DNA of 63,943 nt, counting the filler, from Phoronis australis (Eukaryota > Animalia > Phoronida), in assembly GCA_002633005.1 (NCBI GenBank). It is 11 parts of 11 records of this genome, joined end to end, with 100 filler letters (N's around TTAATTAATTAA, not from the genome) between each part and the next. Parts side by side here need not be neighbours in the genome. Positions count along the whole stretch, not along the records: positions 1 to 5,665 come from NMRA01001688.1; positions 5,766 to 10,732 come from NMRA01002448.1; positions 10,833 to 14,408 come from NMRA01001545.1; 8 more parts are not named here. One strand, given 5' to 3'. Within the stretch, counting starts at the first letter, position 1. Each line of letters starts with the position of its first letter. The translations under genes were made by a program, and so were the position numbers. Of the stretch, positions 1-12,834 are shown in pieces. The notes under the pieces are model-generated. The model was not told the origin of the DNA, ran no database searches, and saw only the letters and a program-made list of their open reading frames with translations.

Positions 1-958
1 ATAATAAGCGCCAGAAATGACACATTCAACAAACAAGCAAATAATCAGACTGTTGAAACAAAAACCGCGAACGATATTTCGAACACGATCATTAATATGC
101 GCCTTCCATCTCTACTACCACTACAACCATCAAAGAAATCACAAATTTATCATTCAAGTGATGGCCTTAATTGTGGAAATGTTGTGCAGCGTTACCTATC
201 AAGTAACCGGCTATGACTGTGCTAATTTCACGTACATGTACGCATGTGAACCGGAAACCACTTTCATTTGTGTGTCCGCCAAGTTACCACTGAAAAGTGC
301 GGTTACCAATTCTTGTACGCATTCATTAGGACTTGGCTCCCGGTGGATTGTTTCGTTTGTAATACGTATGAGGAAAACCTACAGAAGGGCATCTGCCATT
401 TGACAATTTTCATCACCATTTGTCTTTGAAACTTTTATTATTAAATGTGTTTTGCCACCAGTCCACCGATCTTTCTTGATCTATCCATACTTGGCGTTTG
501 GGAGATAGCCCCAAAAGCAATCCTTGGGGATCGATACCTGAGCCTCAGACCCACCCAGCTTCAAAACAAATTGTTCTTGTTAGAAAAAAATTCTCTTTAC
601 TGAGAAACATTCTTGTGTTGACTTCGCTGCGAAATTTATGGAGTACCGAGGGCAGATATTGCTTTTCTTTTCCCCTGTACGAGTGTAGATTTGCTTATGG
701 TGTATACTTACGTACGGGTGTAAAATTGCTGCATATAAACGGTGCTTTAGTATTAAACCTGGCGCAGCCGTCGTGCCGTGAACGAAAATTTGTTTAAGTG
801 GAAGCGGCTAATCGCTTTGTTTGATGATCTATACGTGTCGCGGAACTGATGTGGCTGTGTTTATATTAAACCACATATGTATTTTGTAGAATAGTAACGG
901 GCATTATTTCCACGTTTCAATCAGCATTATTATCAATAACGTTTCAAGTTATCGATAG

Positions 959-1049
959 GTTTCTTGGTAACCACGACGCTGGAATGTCGGTCGTTGAAGT
1001 TGGCCTGTTCACTGGATTTGAAGCCGCCAACCTGTCGCTGGCAATTTTA
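959..1049 (+). CDS. Complement C3-like thioester-family protein, MG8/receptor-binding domain exon
   Basis: AG/GT-bounded exon reads (R)FLGNHDAGMSVVEVGLFTGFEAANLSLAIL, resembling C3 RYxGDQDATMSILDISMMTGF. Confidence 0.8.
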
Positions 1050-1369
1050 GTAAGAGACCAAATTTCTCGCAACCTACTATTTTGAGTATAAAATCATTGG
1101 CGTGAATTCATCTTGTTTCGTATGTTTTCATATGATTAAATTCAAGATGCTTCAAAAATTATGTAAATTTTAATTATCACTTTTCACATAACGAGTCTGA
1201 ATAAATATTCATCGAAAATTTTAATTTTTTACAAAACCCCCAAATGTGTCATGTTTATCACACCATGTGCTTGCTTCGTATTAACGTAGTACATAACGTT
1301 TTTTTTACAATTTTATGCCTTTTTATTGAGCATAAGGGCAGAATGCTTCTGACTATTTTCGTGTTTCAG

Positions 1370-1441
1370 AAATATTGCAAGTCCGATGTTATTGAGAGCT
1401 ATGCAATCACCAAAAGAAAAGTCATATTCTATTTGAAGACG
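1370..1441 (+). CDS. C3-like exon
   Basis: ttttcgtgtttcag/gtgagt boundaries, 72 bp, phase 0-0; KYCKSDVIESYAITKRKVIFYLKT matches the C3/TEP 'YE..R.(L/V)I(I/F)YL' motif. Confidence 0.8.
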
Positions 1442-3295
1442 GTGAGTGCTATGTCATTTAGTCATTCATAAACTTTGTTTGGTCAGTCCTGTTTCACCTA
1501 AATTGCATTACTTGCTAACTACGCCAATTTATAGACTGATATTCTGCCCCTTGTTTTAACCATAAAACTCTAGCCCTAGAATGCTAACTCTCGCGCGTGA
1601 CCAATATATACTATTATGTGCTTACGAACACCGAGACTAGCCGCGAGAGTTTCCACTGTGAATTTCCGGCAATCTGCGCGACTGAGTTTTTATCCAATTT
1701 CATTGCTTTATTTTCAGTTTGACGTTTTTGTTCATCAAGCGAGACTCTTGAGCTATGGTTCTAGACAACAAGCGATTTCCCAACAAAATTAGTCAACTAA
1801 CCAGATAATTAGGGCCTACATTGGTCATTCTTTATACGCACTGACTCGTGGTCCAGGCCGGATACGGGGAATGGTCTGGCCTCTGATATCTCCAGTCTTA
1901 AAACCACTTTCGATAGCCTGTCAAACTGCAGGCTAGGAGTTTTTCAAGAAAACATTTATGGGTATTAAAATAATCATACACTATTTTACGGAAAGAAGAC
2001 AGTGACTTTTGGTTTCTAAGTACCTGTTATGCAATCATAAATGAAAAGTTTAGGCCCCACTGACTGTTGTGTTTACGTAACTTTCTAAAAACTACTCGTA
2101 TTTGCGTAGCTAAGTGTGTGTGTTTGTGTTTGCATAAATTATTACTGTTTTCAATTGTTTCTATAATAATTCATTTGTGCAATGTTTACCTGTTGCCCAA
2201 ATACACACTTTTTGAATTCTCCCCGCCATCCCGCCAAACCGTCAAAATATTATCGTAAATACTATAAATTGTAATTTCGCACGCGAAATACCACCATTTT
2301 CCCGGTCGACGTGAAAAAATAAACGGGACGTTTCATGTTTTTTAGGCACCTGCAATTGCCTATTCGACTTAGAAATACAAAAATGGCTGTCGCGCGTTTT
2401 TGGTGTAACGTATCTCGTTCGACAAAAAACGCTGGGGTACACGTCTTTGTGTTGCAGCGAACATTTCGCCCTTGCGTTATGGCACAGAACTAAATGCCCG
2501 CTTTCTGTCCTGAACTCCTGCTTTTCAATCAAGTTGTCTCATTTTTTCATTCTCGAATTTTGCCAACTATGGAACAGGTGTTCCTTTGTCTCTTTGTCAT
2601 GAGAATTGTAATTTTTTTTCAAGTTTCTTTAAAAGCGATATAACAATCATAAAAATTTGTTCCACTGTCTCTTGTTTATGGTAGAACACAGTAGTTGTAT
2701 AAGGATCACTAACTTTTACTTTCTGATGAAATGAGATTATTTACAAACTACTATGGAAAGTCCTACACTGCAGCCTTTGTAATGCTCTATCCACAGTACA
2801 TTTCAAATCTTTACAATATATGTTTGCTCATTGTTATCTACCAGAAAGCCTTTATCTGCATTGGATATTAGGTAGTTGGGGTAATTATTTTTATCATATT
2901 TTTGTAAATGTCGCTGCATCCTGAGTGTGTACTGAAGAACTGTATCAAGTGGTACCAAAGTTCCAAATAATATATAAATATGGATAATTTTGGATTGAAT
3001 GCCTGAGTAAATTCTTCACAGCAACTGTGAGAGATCCATATTATAAAATCTTTTAATTCATTGAAATTATCTCTCTGCTGGTTTAAGCAGTCATTTGAAT
3101 CCCCTGGCCCATTTCCTGTTTGATTACTATTACAACCTGTTAATTTCCGTAAAGTGGCAGCAAAACTATTTTTAAACCTGACTGTCGGGTAAGCGAAATG
3201 ATGGTTAGTTATTGTTTTCTTCTGCTTAAATCATACACCATGAAGAACTGACGAAGGGCTTTCTAATGCAATTCGGTTGAAAAACGGCTGCGAAA

Positions 3296-3429
3296 AGATC
3301 GAAGTTGGCATTACAAGGTAAGTCAGAGCTAATGAGCTACACACACACTCACAGACACGCACGCGCACGCGCACACGCACACACACATTTAGGTCATTGG
3401 CTGTAGCCTTGTAATGCCAACTTCAATCT
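3296..3429. repeat. 23-bp inverted repeat enclosing a (CA)/(CG) microsatellite; MITE-like
   Basis: agatcgaagttggcattacaagg (3296-3318) versus ccttgtaatgccaacttcaatct (3407-3429), one mismatch. Confidence 0.7.
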
Positions 3430-3878
3430 CGCGATATATATGGCTAGAACTCTACAGAGAATGTTTTGAACCAGTTCGGAACACAGATTGAGTTTCATCT
3501 ACGAAAGGTGTCACCTAAATGACTGGAAGGTTTTATCAATTACAGACATTTGTGTATTTTTTCCATTAACTTAAAAGTCTTAAAAGTCTATAAAAACTAA
3601 AGTTCAGCTTTGTCATTTAAACTGTGGTGTCAATTTTGTTGGTTCACTTCCACGTATCCATAAGTTAAGTAAGTAAAAAATCTACTTTAGAATTCGTTTC
3701 CATGGATGAAACGACGTCATGTTAAAAATAGGATTTCAAAGTAAGTTTTGTATATGCTGGTTTGTGTTTTACCACAAACAACTATTCTCAAGATCCATTT
3801 CTTGATTGTTGGAGGAAATTAGTCAGAAAGGAACTTTAAAGTATAGAGATGTATTTTCAACCCCATCATTGTTCGCAG

Positions 3879-3984
3879 ATTACCCACAAGTCTCCCGTCA
3901 GTCTGGAATTCCACATCAGTCAAATACAAAAAATTGGAAACACGCAACCCGTGGCCGTCAAAGTGAAAGAAGAGAAAAATCCGG
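3879..3984 (+). CDS. C3-like exon
   Basis: Phase 0-1; ITHKSPVSLEFHISQIQKIGNTQPVAVKVKEEKNP aligns to C3 VSH..CL.FKVHQ..V..IQPGAVKV. Confidence 0.78.
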
Positions 3985-4305
3985 GTAAACGTCAAATTAT
4001 AAAAGCCTGTTGAATATTGACAAATTAGTGTATAAATCCAATGGCAACTGATGACTGATAATCAAAGGTCACTACCGGAGTCTGGTTTTGTGCAGGCAGG
4101 TCCATCTTTATGGATACGCCCAGTGGGCGTGGCGAATATAATGAAATGCTCTGCAGATACGCCCAGGACCGTGGCGTACATTTGGGAACCAATCTTCATG
4201 GTCTAATCCTAAAACAATACTGAGATAGTTATCTTTCTAGCTTATCTCATTATGTAGCCGCTGCATTTGAGAAATAGATGCAACGGTAATAACGCTTTCT
4301 TTCAG

Positions 4306-4401
4306 ATAATAAGTGTATCACATTTTACCACCCGCGAAGAGGAAGCGAGTTGCTCAAGTTTATTTGTGACAAGCCTTCAAAACAATGCCTGTGCCTTGAA
4401 G
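4306..4401 (+). CDS. C3-like exon (anchor region)
   Basis: Phase 1-1; DNKCITFYHPRRGSELLKFICDKPSKQCLCLE matches C3 CTRFYHP...L..LC...CRCAE, which points to C3/C4/C5 rather than A2M. Confidence 0.85.
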
Positions 4402-4761
4402 GTGAGATTTGTGCACCTGTTATTGAGAATTTTTCAGTTTGTAAGAATTCCTTTTATAAAAGTTGAAGTGTGTTGTTGACAAGGTTTCTGTTCAGCCAAT
4501 TTGGACATTTTGCTAGTGTCCTACAAAGCCTTTGTCATAATTTGATATTATTTGAAACTTTTAGTGTAGGCGCTGTTTTTGTTGAGGAATAATTCAGTGG
4601 AAATTACCATACCCACAGAACTTTTAGCTTCACGAATTATTTCATATTTTTCTTATGTTGGGATGCGTGAAGCTGGCATGATATTCTGCTGAACTTGAAA
4701 CTGAAATCCTTGATAAACTAATAAACGACAGAACAATTCATCAGTTGTTGAAAATATACAA

Positions 4762-5665
4762 AAATACACAAAAATGCCACCCGTCCGTCCGTCCGTCCGT
4801 CCGTCCGTCCGTCCGTCCGTCCGTCCGTCCGGCGCTCCATATTCTATCTCCAAAACCCTTTGATTCGGACGGCATGAGCGATCTTTTGATGGATTAGACT
4901 ACCAGTGTACCCCCTAATGGCAATTCACTTTTTCTTTTACCTTTGTATCTTCGGAGGTTGTTAACGCTACTTTACCGTTTTCGAGTCTGTTTTTTGGCGT
5001 CCGTCCTTCTATTAACCAAAAACATTTTAAGGATGATTGTGAAAATTGACATAAGTGATTAATGTGGCGCCTCCTAGTTGCAATTTTGATTTTTGCGTCC
5101 ATGGTTGCATCTCGTAAACCCGCATCAGGATCTTTATTAAATGTGGTAAAAGTATTTATATGAACTTAGTTGACAACAGACGACGACGTCTTTCGTACGT
5201 TTCCGACGAACGCTGTGCCTCCTATTTGCAATTTTCCGTTTTCCTCTGGTTCTTTGAAGTTCCTGGATGGATTTTTAGGAAATTTGGTAAATAGATGACA
5301 TGTTCTGGTTTTCGGATGAATTCGACGTATTTAGTGCCATGTAGTAGCCATTTTTACAGTTTTCTTATCTTTTTTTGGCGTCAGCCCTTCTATCTACCTA
5401 GCCACTATAAGAATAAGTATGAAAATTGGCTTGCATGTTTCTGGTGCGAACAGGATGGCTGGTGATGATTTTCGAGTAACTCCGACTAATGTGGCGCCTC
5501 CTAGTGGAAATTTATTTTTGCATCTATAGCTGTATCTCCTAAACTTTCGGCAGGGTCTTTATTAATTTTGGCAAATGTGTTTATATGAAGTTGACAACGG
5601 ACGGCGACAACATTTGGATGGATCTGACTACCGCTGTGGCCCCTTAGTTACAATTTCATTTTTTT
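4762..5665 (+). mobile_element. Helentron-associated (HINE/DINE-1/pearl-like) non-autonomous element, cut by contig end
   Basis: (GTCC)n at about 4782-4830 followed by about 150-bp subunits with gcgcctcctagtgg-type motifs, homologous to 49391-49715. Confidence 0.65.
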
Positions 5666-5765
5666 NNNNNNNNNNNNNNNNNNNNNNNNNNNNNNNNNNN
5701 NNNNNNNNNTTAATTAATTAANNNNNNNNNNNNNNNNNNNNNNNNNNNNNNNNNNNNNNNNNNNN
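5666..5765. other. Artificial contig spacer
   Basis: 44 N + TTAATTAATTAA (stops in all six frames) + 44 N. The same spacer occurs at 10733-10832, 14409-14508, 18516-18615, 21585-21684, 26799-26898, 43903-44002, 49716-49815, 54894-54993 and 62583-62682. Confidence 0.98.
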
Positions 5766-6375
5766 TGGCAAGGCATTGGTCAAGACCCACAACTATGGCA
5801 AGGTCAGGCCGGGGGGAAACTACCTGTTAATTATTGGATAATATGTATTGTACAGAGGGATGGGTGGTGACAAACTGATAATAGAATATAGCTGTGTGCC
5901 ATTCTGCTTATTTGTTTGGAAATTTTGTGTGAAGGTTAAGTCTACGTTGTTTTTAAAATTATCAGCATTTGAACTCGTTCTATGGAATGTTTTGTCTCAA
6001 ACAAAATTTGGTAATAAAATTGTCATTTTTCAAAGCTGCTGATTTGAGAAAAGGGGAGAAATCCGTGTTTGTCTAATTTTCCCAACAGAATGTTTGGTTT
6101 ACATCAACTTTTCAGAACTAAGCGTTCTCTTCGGTAATTATATTTAATGGGGGAAATGTCATGCTATGAACATCATACTCCAAGTGTGCTAGTAAAGAAT
6201 CTGGTGATGTTTTAACAAAATGTTAATTGCGTTTTGTAAATATTCTATGACGGTGATGTCCATCCCATAAATATTAATTTCCATAGATAGCTTGGATTCC
6301 AAACTAACTAGTGTCACATTAGGTTATCATTTATCTTTGACAACACTATTAGAAAGTCTTGTTCACTATTTCCAG

Positions 6376-6514
6376 GCTATTAGCTACTATGAAGCAGCCC
6401 TTCGTAGCGGTGGACAGAGCTTCATGCGTCATGATCTGGCCGAGCTACTTCTCCGACTACGACAATATGAGAAAGCGCAGAAAGTGCTCAATCAGGCTCT
6501 AGAAACAGATGCAG
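6376..6514 (+). CDS. TTC21B: Tetratricopeptide repeat protein 21B (IFT139), internal exon
   Basis: AISYYEAALRSGGQSFMRHDLAELLLRLRQYEKAQKVLNQALETDA resembles human AITYYEAALK..LCYDLAELLLKL; tccag/gtaatg boundaries. Confidence 0.92.
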
Positions 6515-6920
6515 GTAATGTTGTGATGAACTGATAACGCTGACAGACGTGTCATTGGTTCATGAGGCTGAAGTGCTTTAGTTCATAATTTTGTGAGGTA
6601 TTTTAGCTGATTAGCATGGTTGTTATTTGCACTGTGGTCTAATTGTTAAAACAACAGATAACACAATATCGTGCACATGTGTACAAATTGTGGTTTCCTT
6701 CAATTTATTGTGCTGACGATGATGTATTCCACTGTGAGCCAGTTTCTGTTTCAACATATCAGTTGGTTTCTGTTGATAATAATATTTTGAAACTACTACA
6801 CAGAAATTTGACACTAGTGTTCTGAGAGAGCATTTGTAGTGTAATTTGGCTGACAATTTTTCCACAGCCTTTTCCCTACAACAGCACTGACTCGTACTTT
6901 AAACACTGTCTCCTCTGCAG

Positions 6921-7113
6921 GTGGTAATCTGGACACCATGATGGACCATGCCAAGTACCTGGTCTTGCTGAGTAAGGTGCACCACAAGACTGACCACCTG
7001 GACGATGCTATAGCCGCGCTGACCAAGGCACGTGAGATGCAGGCCAGAGTGTTGAAGCGGGTTCAAGTTGAGCAGCCTGATGTCATCTCGGCGCAGAAAC
7101 AATTTGCCGCCAG
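6921..7113 (+). CDS. TTC21B: TTC21B exon
   Basis: Phase 1-2; GNLDTMMDHAKYLVLLSKVH...AREMQARVLKRVQVEQPDVISAQKQFAA. Confidence 0.9.
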
Positions 7114-7862
7114 GTACACGTCGTGTTTGGGAAACAGAAATACAGAACATGCCAAAAATAATTGGATAAAATCACCTGCAATTTCCCTGTCATAACTGAA
7201 GAACGCAAACAGAATTCCTTGTTGTCATAGTTATAATAGCTGTCTGTCATGACTGGAGTGCTGAGTAATGTATAAAAGACCCACAAGGTGGAGTTACCAT
7301 CCTCTAGTAGGGACATGCATTTCATGTCTCTTTTGCTGTGAGCGTAATTGGCCATGATGAGGATATTTACTTAATCTGGGTCCTTTTGGACATGTGTCTA
7401 CTGTGTAGAAAATATTAAACCGAAAAAGTAAACCCTGTAGTGCATTAGCTCCTGGTCTCAATATTTGCCTGTATTGCAACTGCCCAGTGTTTAGCAATTG
7501 TATCAACATTAGAGAACTGACAGTTATGTTGTTGTTTTCTGCACTGGTTTAGTTGATAAAGCAGTGACTGTGGGATTACGGAGTTCAACTCCTTGTCACA
7601 ACATGTCATTGTTGTCTAGGCCCTCACCATTTTTTCTCATTTCTCGACAAATTTGGTCATAAGTACTGAGAAAATAAATCTCACAATTTAATAATTTTTT
7701 CTGATTTTAATAAAACGCACTTCAGTCCAGTGTTTAGCATTTAACATCATGCTTATGTCAATTTGAGGATTCCATTGAGTAACTTTTAATGTGATTGGTT
7801 GTCGTTATTTAGCTAGTATGTGATTGTACTTCAAGTAAAATGTGTCACGTGTCTTCCTACAG

Positions 7863-7965
7863 TATCTGTTGTCAGATGGCAGAGCATGCGTCAGTGCAGA
7901 GAGACTATGAGAAGGCTATCAAGTTTTATAAAGAGGCTCTTATATACAATGAAACAGACGGCAAG
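7863..7965 (+). CDS. TTC21B: TTC21B exon
   Basis: Phase 2-0; [34 protein letters not shown]. Confidence 0.92.
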
Positions 7966-7966
7966 G

Positions 7967-7969
<3 letters not shown>

Positions 7970-8049
<80 letters not shown>
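7970..8049. repeat. (TG)n microsatellite
   Basis: About 40 perfect TG units immediately after the exon donor. Confidence 0.98.
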
Positions 8050-8054
<5 letters not shown>

Positions 8055-8548
8055 TGTACATGTTTGTGGTAGTAATTGAGATTTTTTGCCTTATGTCTGT
8101 TTATGGTTCACGTTCATCATGGAAAACTGGAAAATGCTTTTGTTTTCACACGCTGACGCCAAAAACTCCATGGCCTATTGAAGATACATAAAATTTCATG
8201 GAAAACCTATTTAAGTTTCATAAACAATGAGAGGTAAATGTCAATTTGTGAGCCATATTGCAGTTCATGCGTTCAGGTAGACTTGGGAATGGTCATGAGC
8301 ACAATTGTGACCTGTTTTTTGGAGTGAAAATATCCTGGAATTTTTATGGAAAATGAATACGCAGTATGACTGCACTTGGTTGACTTTATCAGTTCTGCCT
8401 GGTCAGCCAACTAAAACATCATCTTTCCTGCCTCTTGTTCCCCTCAATTCTTGCCCCTCCCTTCCTCAGCCCTGCAATATACTTAACAGAACATTAACAT
8501 CCAGTATTTAAGTGACGGTAAACCTAATGTCTGTGGCTCCCCCTTTAG

Positions 8549-8659
8549 GTTGGCTTAGAGTTGGCCCACCTCTACTTGCTGACAGAAGATCTTGACGGAT
8601 GTCAACACCAACTGATGAATCTGTTGAAGACTGACACAGAGAACGACGCTGCTACTGTC
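8549..8659 (+). CDS. TTC21B: TTC21B exon
   Basis: Phase 0-0; VGLELAHLYLLTEDLDGCQHQLMNLLKTDTENDAATV. Confidence 0.9.
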
Positions 8660-8954
8660 GTAAGGTTTTCTAAAGCTTGTTGAAACTTGTGCAGTGTCGT
8701 TGTGTAATTTTGCATCAGTAATGCCCAAGTGGATTATTTTAATCATTCAGGGCTCTGCTGTCCACTAATTTAGAGGGGATAATAAAAGAAATATCTCAGG
8801 CGGGACCATAAACCCTGTGTCTGTTTCAAAAAGCCTATTGTGTTTGAGTGACGTCCATGATTTACAACCATCTTCAAAATTCTAAGCCACTATGCGGACT
8901 AGTTTACCATCCAAGCCCCAAAAGATGTGAAAATCTTTTTTATTTGTCTTATAG

Positions 8955-9036
8955 ATGATGGCTGATCTGATGTTCCGCAGGAATGACTACGACTCGGCCA
9001 TGTTTCACTTTCAGCAGTTGTTAGAGAGAAAACCAG
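8955..9036 (+). CDS. TTC21B: TTC21B exon
   Basis: Phase 0-1; [27 protein letters not shown], a highly conserved segment. Confidence 0.93.
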
Positions 9037-9938
9037 GTAAGATGTGTCGCCTGCTACTCTTTGTCTCAAATCTCCAGTAAACTGTTGTAAACAAATCAGT
9101 CACAGGCCTTCAACATAGTGTGGCATCCAATCAACATGTCCTCTCTCTTAATGTTATGTAGGACCCTATAAAGATAGTGAAATTTGGATGAATTCTGAAC
9201 ATCATACTTCAGAAATGGCTGATTGGAGTCATATGAAACTTTCAATGGTACTGTGCTTTGTGCACCGTTCTTAAAAATTCTTTTAGGTGGTATTTTTAAA
9301 ATATTCTCTTGCATGAGGGTGTTTTGTAAAATAGGACTTTTTTGATTTCCATAAAAAAATCTTTATGTTGCATAAAATGAAAACGAAATATTAATTTGAA
9401 AACTAACAGCGTTTTCGATATCTTACTTAACAATTATATCAAATGAAGTTTGGTCATGTTATTGATAACATTGTATTGCTATCAATCAATGTACCTTTCT
9501 TTCATACCCAATTAGTAACAGTTTGTTAAAGAGTCATCAATTAAATTCTACAGAGACTTTTTTCTTTCCAAAATACCGAGTTAAAATAATAATAATAGAT
9601 AATTTGCTAAATGCACAGAGTTGTCGATAAGGTCATGCAACTTTAATTGACTAATAATCTTTCTTTCGTCGCAAAAACTTACTTTTGATTTAGACCACAT
9701 GCTGTTATTGAATGGGTCTCAAAATTGTTTCGTAATAGTCTGTAATATTGCTTTCAAGGTATTTGTAAACCTCTAGTAAAGAAAAGGAATTTTCTAAGTC
9801 TACCCATTTGTCAGTTTCATCAGGTCATGTCTCCTGCACAGAAAATTGCTATTTGTAGTCTGTGACTGTTTATTAGTAATTTGTATGCTGTGAACGTCTT
9901 TAACAGGTGCTTCAAAAATGCTACGCTTTGTGTTCTAG

Positions 9939-10089
9939 ATCACTATTCAGCCATGAGTCGACTGATCGATTTGATGCGTAGGGCAGGTAAACTGGACGAA
10001 GTGCCCAAGTTCTTCCAACAAGCAGAAGACTCTTCACCTAAGACTGCTTTTGACTCCGGCTACCATTATTGCAAGGGACTATATGACTG
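9939..10089 (+). CDS. TTC21B: TTC21B exon
   Basis: Phase 1-2; DHYSAMSRLIDLMRRAGKLDEVPKFF...GYHYCKGLYDW. Confidence 0.92.
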
Positions 10090-10458
10090 GTGGGTTGGTT
10101 TTTGATACTTTTAAAAACAGTGACATTTTGGGTGCATCCCAGCATTAAGCTCATTAATAATTTAAAGGTATTGTGCCAAGGGTAATCACTTAAAAGATTA
10201 TAAATTTGGAAGATGGATTTGGCAGACGAATCTCTGTAAATGAAATCAAACAACTGGCAACGTCCTCTATCTGGAGATGCTCTTGACCGGTCATGTGACA
10301 TCATTACCAGACAGCCATTGTGAGCTAATAGGTGTATGCTGGTAATTTCTCTTCATAATCATCTTGCAGTGCACTAGCCGGTTAGGTTTGTTCTGCTTTG
10401 CAAAGTCTGGGATTGACCTGATCCTTTGTCTGGGACTGAATTCAAAGGCAAATATCTT

Positions 10459-10732
10459 GAGTTATGTCCCTCGTAATGTGTTTGGTTGTACTATGAAGAC
10501 TCCTCATTACAAATATTTGGAGTTATGTCCCTCGTAATGTGTGTGGTTGTACTATGAAGACTCCTCATTACAAATATTTGGAGTTATGTCCCTCGCAATG
10601 TGTTTGGTTGTACTATGAAGACTCCTCATTACAAATATTTGGAGTTATGTCCCTCGTAATGTGTGTGGTTGTACTATGAAGACTCCTCATTACAAATATT
10701 TGGAGTTATGTCCCTCGTAATGTGTGTGGTTG
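10459..10732. repeat. 61-bp tandem repeat, about 4.5 copies, running into contig end
   Basis: Unit gagttatgtccctcgtaatgtg...tacaaatatttg recurs at 10459, 10520, 10581 and onward. Confidence 0.95.
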
Positions 10733-10832
10733 NNNNNNNNNNNNNNNNNNNNNNNNNNNNNNNNNNNNNNNNNNNNTTAATTAATTAANNNNNNNNNNNN
10801 NNNNNNNNNNNNNNNNNNNNNNNNNNNNNNNN

Positions 10833-11413
10833 TGGACAAAAGCGGTATTTGGATCTTTCGCGTTGTACGAGGGCAGATACGGCAGCTTTTTTGACGCGTT
10901 TTAGCAAAGTTGGTTGAAGTTTTTCAAATGTTATCAGATCTCGCCTTACCAGTGGCATATTGCACCCCTCTTTGGCGCAGACGATGGGAAATGCCTTGGT
11001 ATCTACAGAACTTCCAACCATGTTAAGACCGCATTCTTTACAGTAGGGATGGCCGCAAAACTCGAGGCGCTGAAGGTCATCTTTCTCTATCGGGGACCAG
11101 CAGACAGCACAGTCGACTGATGCTTCAACACTCACGAGCGTCTGGGGCATGGTTGAAGCCACATCTTTCACGTCAGACAACACCTTTGCTTTGCTCTGCA
11201 TTCCTCGGACCCATAGACACGCAACGAGCGCACTTTCATGACCAACTCAACGCGTTCTGCGCCACATTTGGACCTGAGTGCTTCGAAGTCTATTCAGTAT
11301 CTTCTGATGAGTTCTTTCAGTAGGCCACGAGGCATTTCTTTTGAACACAGACAGATGTCACAATAATCATGGGCTGCGTATGAGGACAAAAAGTCGTCGA
11401 TTGCAACTCTCAC
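10833..11413 (-). pseudogene. DEAH11/DEAH12-like helicase C-terminal region (KH-like plus RBR RING1, start of IBR), disrupted
   Basis: Acceptor ttgcag|GTG at 11413; MPRGLLKELIRRY*IDF (TGA at 11294-11296 where Gly is expected); frameshift near 11200; then CAVC..LEFCGHPYCKEC..FPIVCAKEGC..YRFCP. Confidence 0.72.
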
Positions 11414-11467
11414 CTGCAACACGTATTGCGAGAGAAAATATATACGTAAAATCATAATCAACTACAC

Positions 11468-11519
11468 GTGTGTGTGTGCGTGTGTGCGTGTGCGTGCGTG
11501 CGTGCGTGTGTGCGTGTGT
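11468..11519. repeat. Compound (GT)/(GCGT) microsatellite
   Basis: Seen directly. Confidence 0.9.
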
Positions 11520-12834
11520 TTGCATTTCTGAAAATAATAATCTCACTTGAGCAAAATTGCAAAGTCTCTAAATATATGCACAGAACTGCTAGTTATTGAA
11601 ATAATTTCTATCAATTAGTTTTAGACTGTGATGCACTCATAATAAATAAAACTTTATTCAACAATTGTGAAACGGTAGTGTAAGGCCAAATTTCACGAAA
11701 CGAACCCTTGGTCTCAACAAATTAGCGAAGTGCACACGTTAAGTTCACGAAAATGACATTTCTTCTTTACTTACTCATTAAACATGAAAATCCTCAAGAA
11801 ATCTAGGACTATCCTTTGGTTGATATTCGTATCAATCGAAATGTGCAACTGAAATTCTTTCACGAAGGAGAAAGTAGCCCTTTAAGAGAATGCGTTTCCG
11901 GGGAACTATTTTACGGTACATGTATGTCATGTTGCCACGTCAACGATTGGGTGGTGAAGCTCGAAACTGCGATTTTGGTAAAAATACGTGGATTCGTCTC
12001 TTTTTCAGAAGCGTATGCACTCCGGCACAACATTGAATAAACGTTAAAGATCCACGCATGGGTACTCAGATCTAGCCAAAATCACAAACTTCAAACGGAA
12101 ATAGCTTTGGTGAATCTCGGCGTTAAAGCAATCAGTAATCCCCATTCAGTCAATTGTTTTATCACGGGTTTATTGGAATCGTTAAATCGCAGTATTTCAA
12201 AATAAAATAAATACAAAGACTTCCAACCCAAAAACATTAACCAAAACAACTGTTTCCAAAGATGACGCTGCATAAACTTTCAAGAACAGATAACAGAAAA
12301 AATCAGATAAGAGGTGTCGAAAACTCTCTTAGAGTGAGCAAATCATGCCGATGTAAAGGCGAGCACTTTTCTTCCGAAATTTTAGATCCGGATCCTAAGC
12401 ACCCCTAAACCTTTAATTTCGTACAAAAATTGGGAAAAAAGATTCTTTTCATAGAACTGCCGCTAATCCTAAAGGTACGTTTCGCCCTGTTTAGCTAACT
12501 AAAAAGAAAATCAAATTAATTCATTACTCTCATAACACCGGTCTCATAATATTCCTTGCCGTGATTTTCCTTTACCAAAAAGAAAATGGAAATCACTAAC
12601 GACTTAAGGAAACTTCAGAATTTACTGCTGTAGGCCAACCATTAAATTACAAATTCGAAAATGGCGTATGTACACATTGCCTGTGATTTGAGTTGGTAAC
12701 AGAAATAGAAACTTAACGCAGTAACAAATATTGTAAGAGAAATTTTGTTGAAGTAAAAAGTCGTAATTTGATTTTTGCTTTTTAGCAAGTTAAATTATGT
12801 GACAAGCAACTTTAGCTAAAATAAGTGGCCTTAC

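Noticed and set aside
17-403. 128-aa ORF; SVTYQVTGYDCANF..FICVSAK could be the preceding C3 exon
   Set aside because: Only vague similarity, a weak donor (gttacc) and no clear acceptor; not supportable.
5666-5765. TTAATTAATTAA palindrome recurring ten times as a possible biological motif
   Set aside because: Always centred in exactly 44+44 N; it is an artificial linker.
7545-7600. A/B-box-like motifs suggesting a tRNA gene
   Set aside because: No cloverleaf; at most a decayed SINE head.
11294-11296. In-frame TGA as selenocysteine or alternative genetic code
   Set aside because: It aligns to Gly rather than Cys or Trp and co-occurs with a frameshift; pseudogenisation is simpler.
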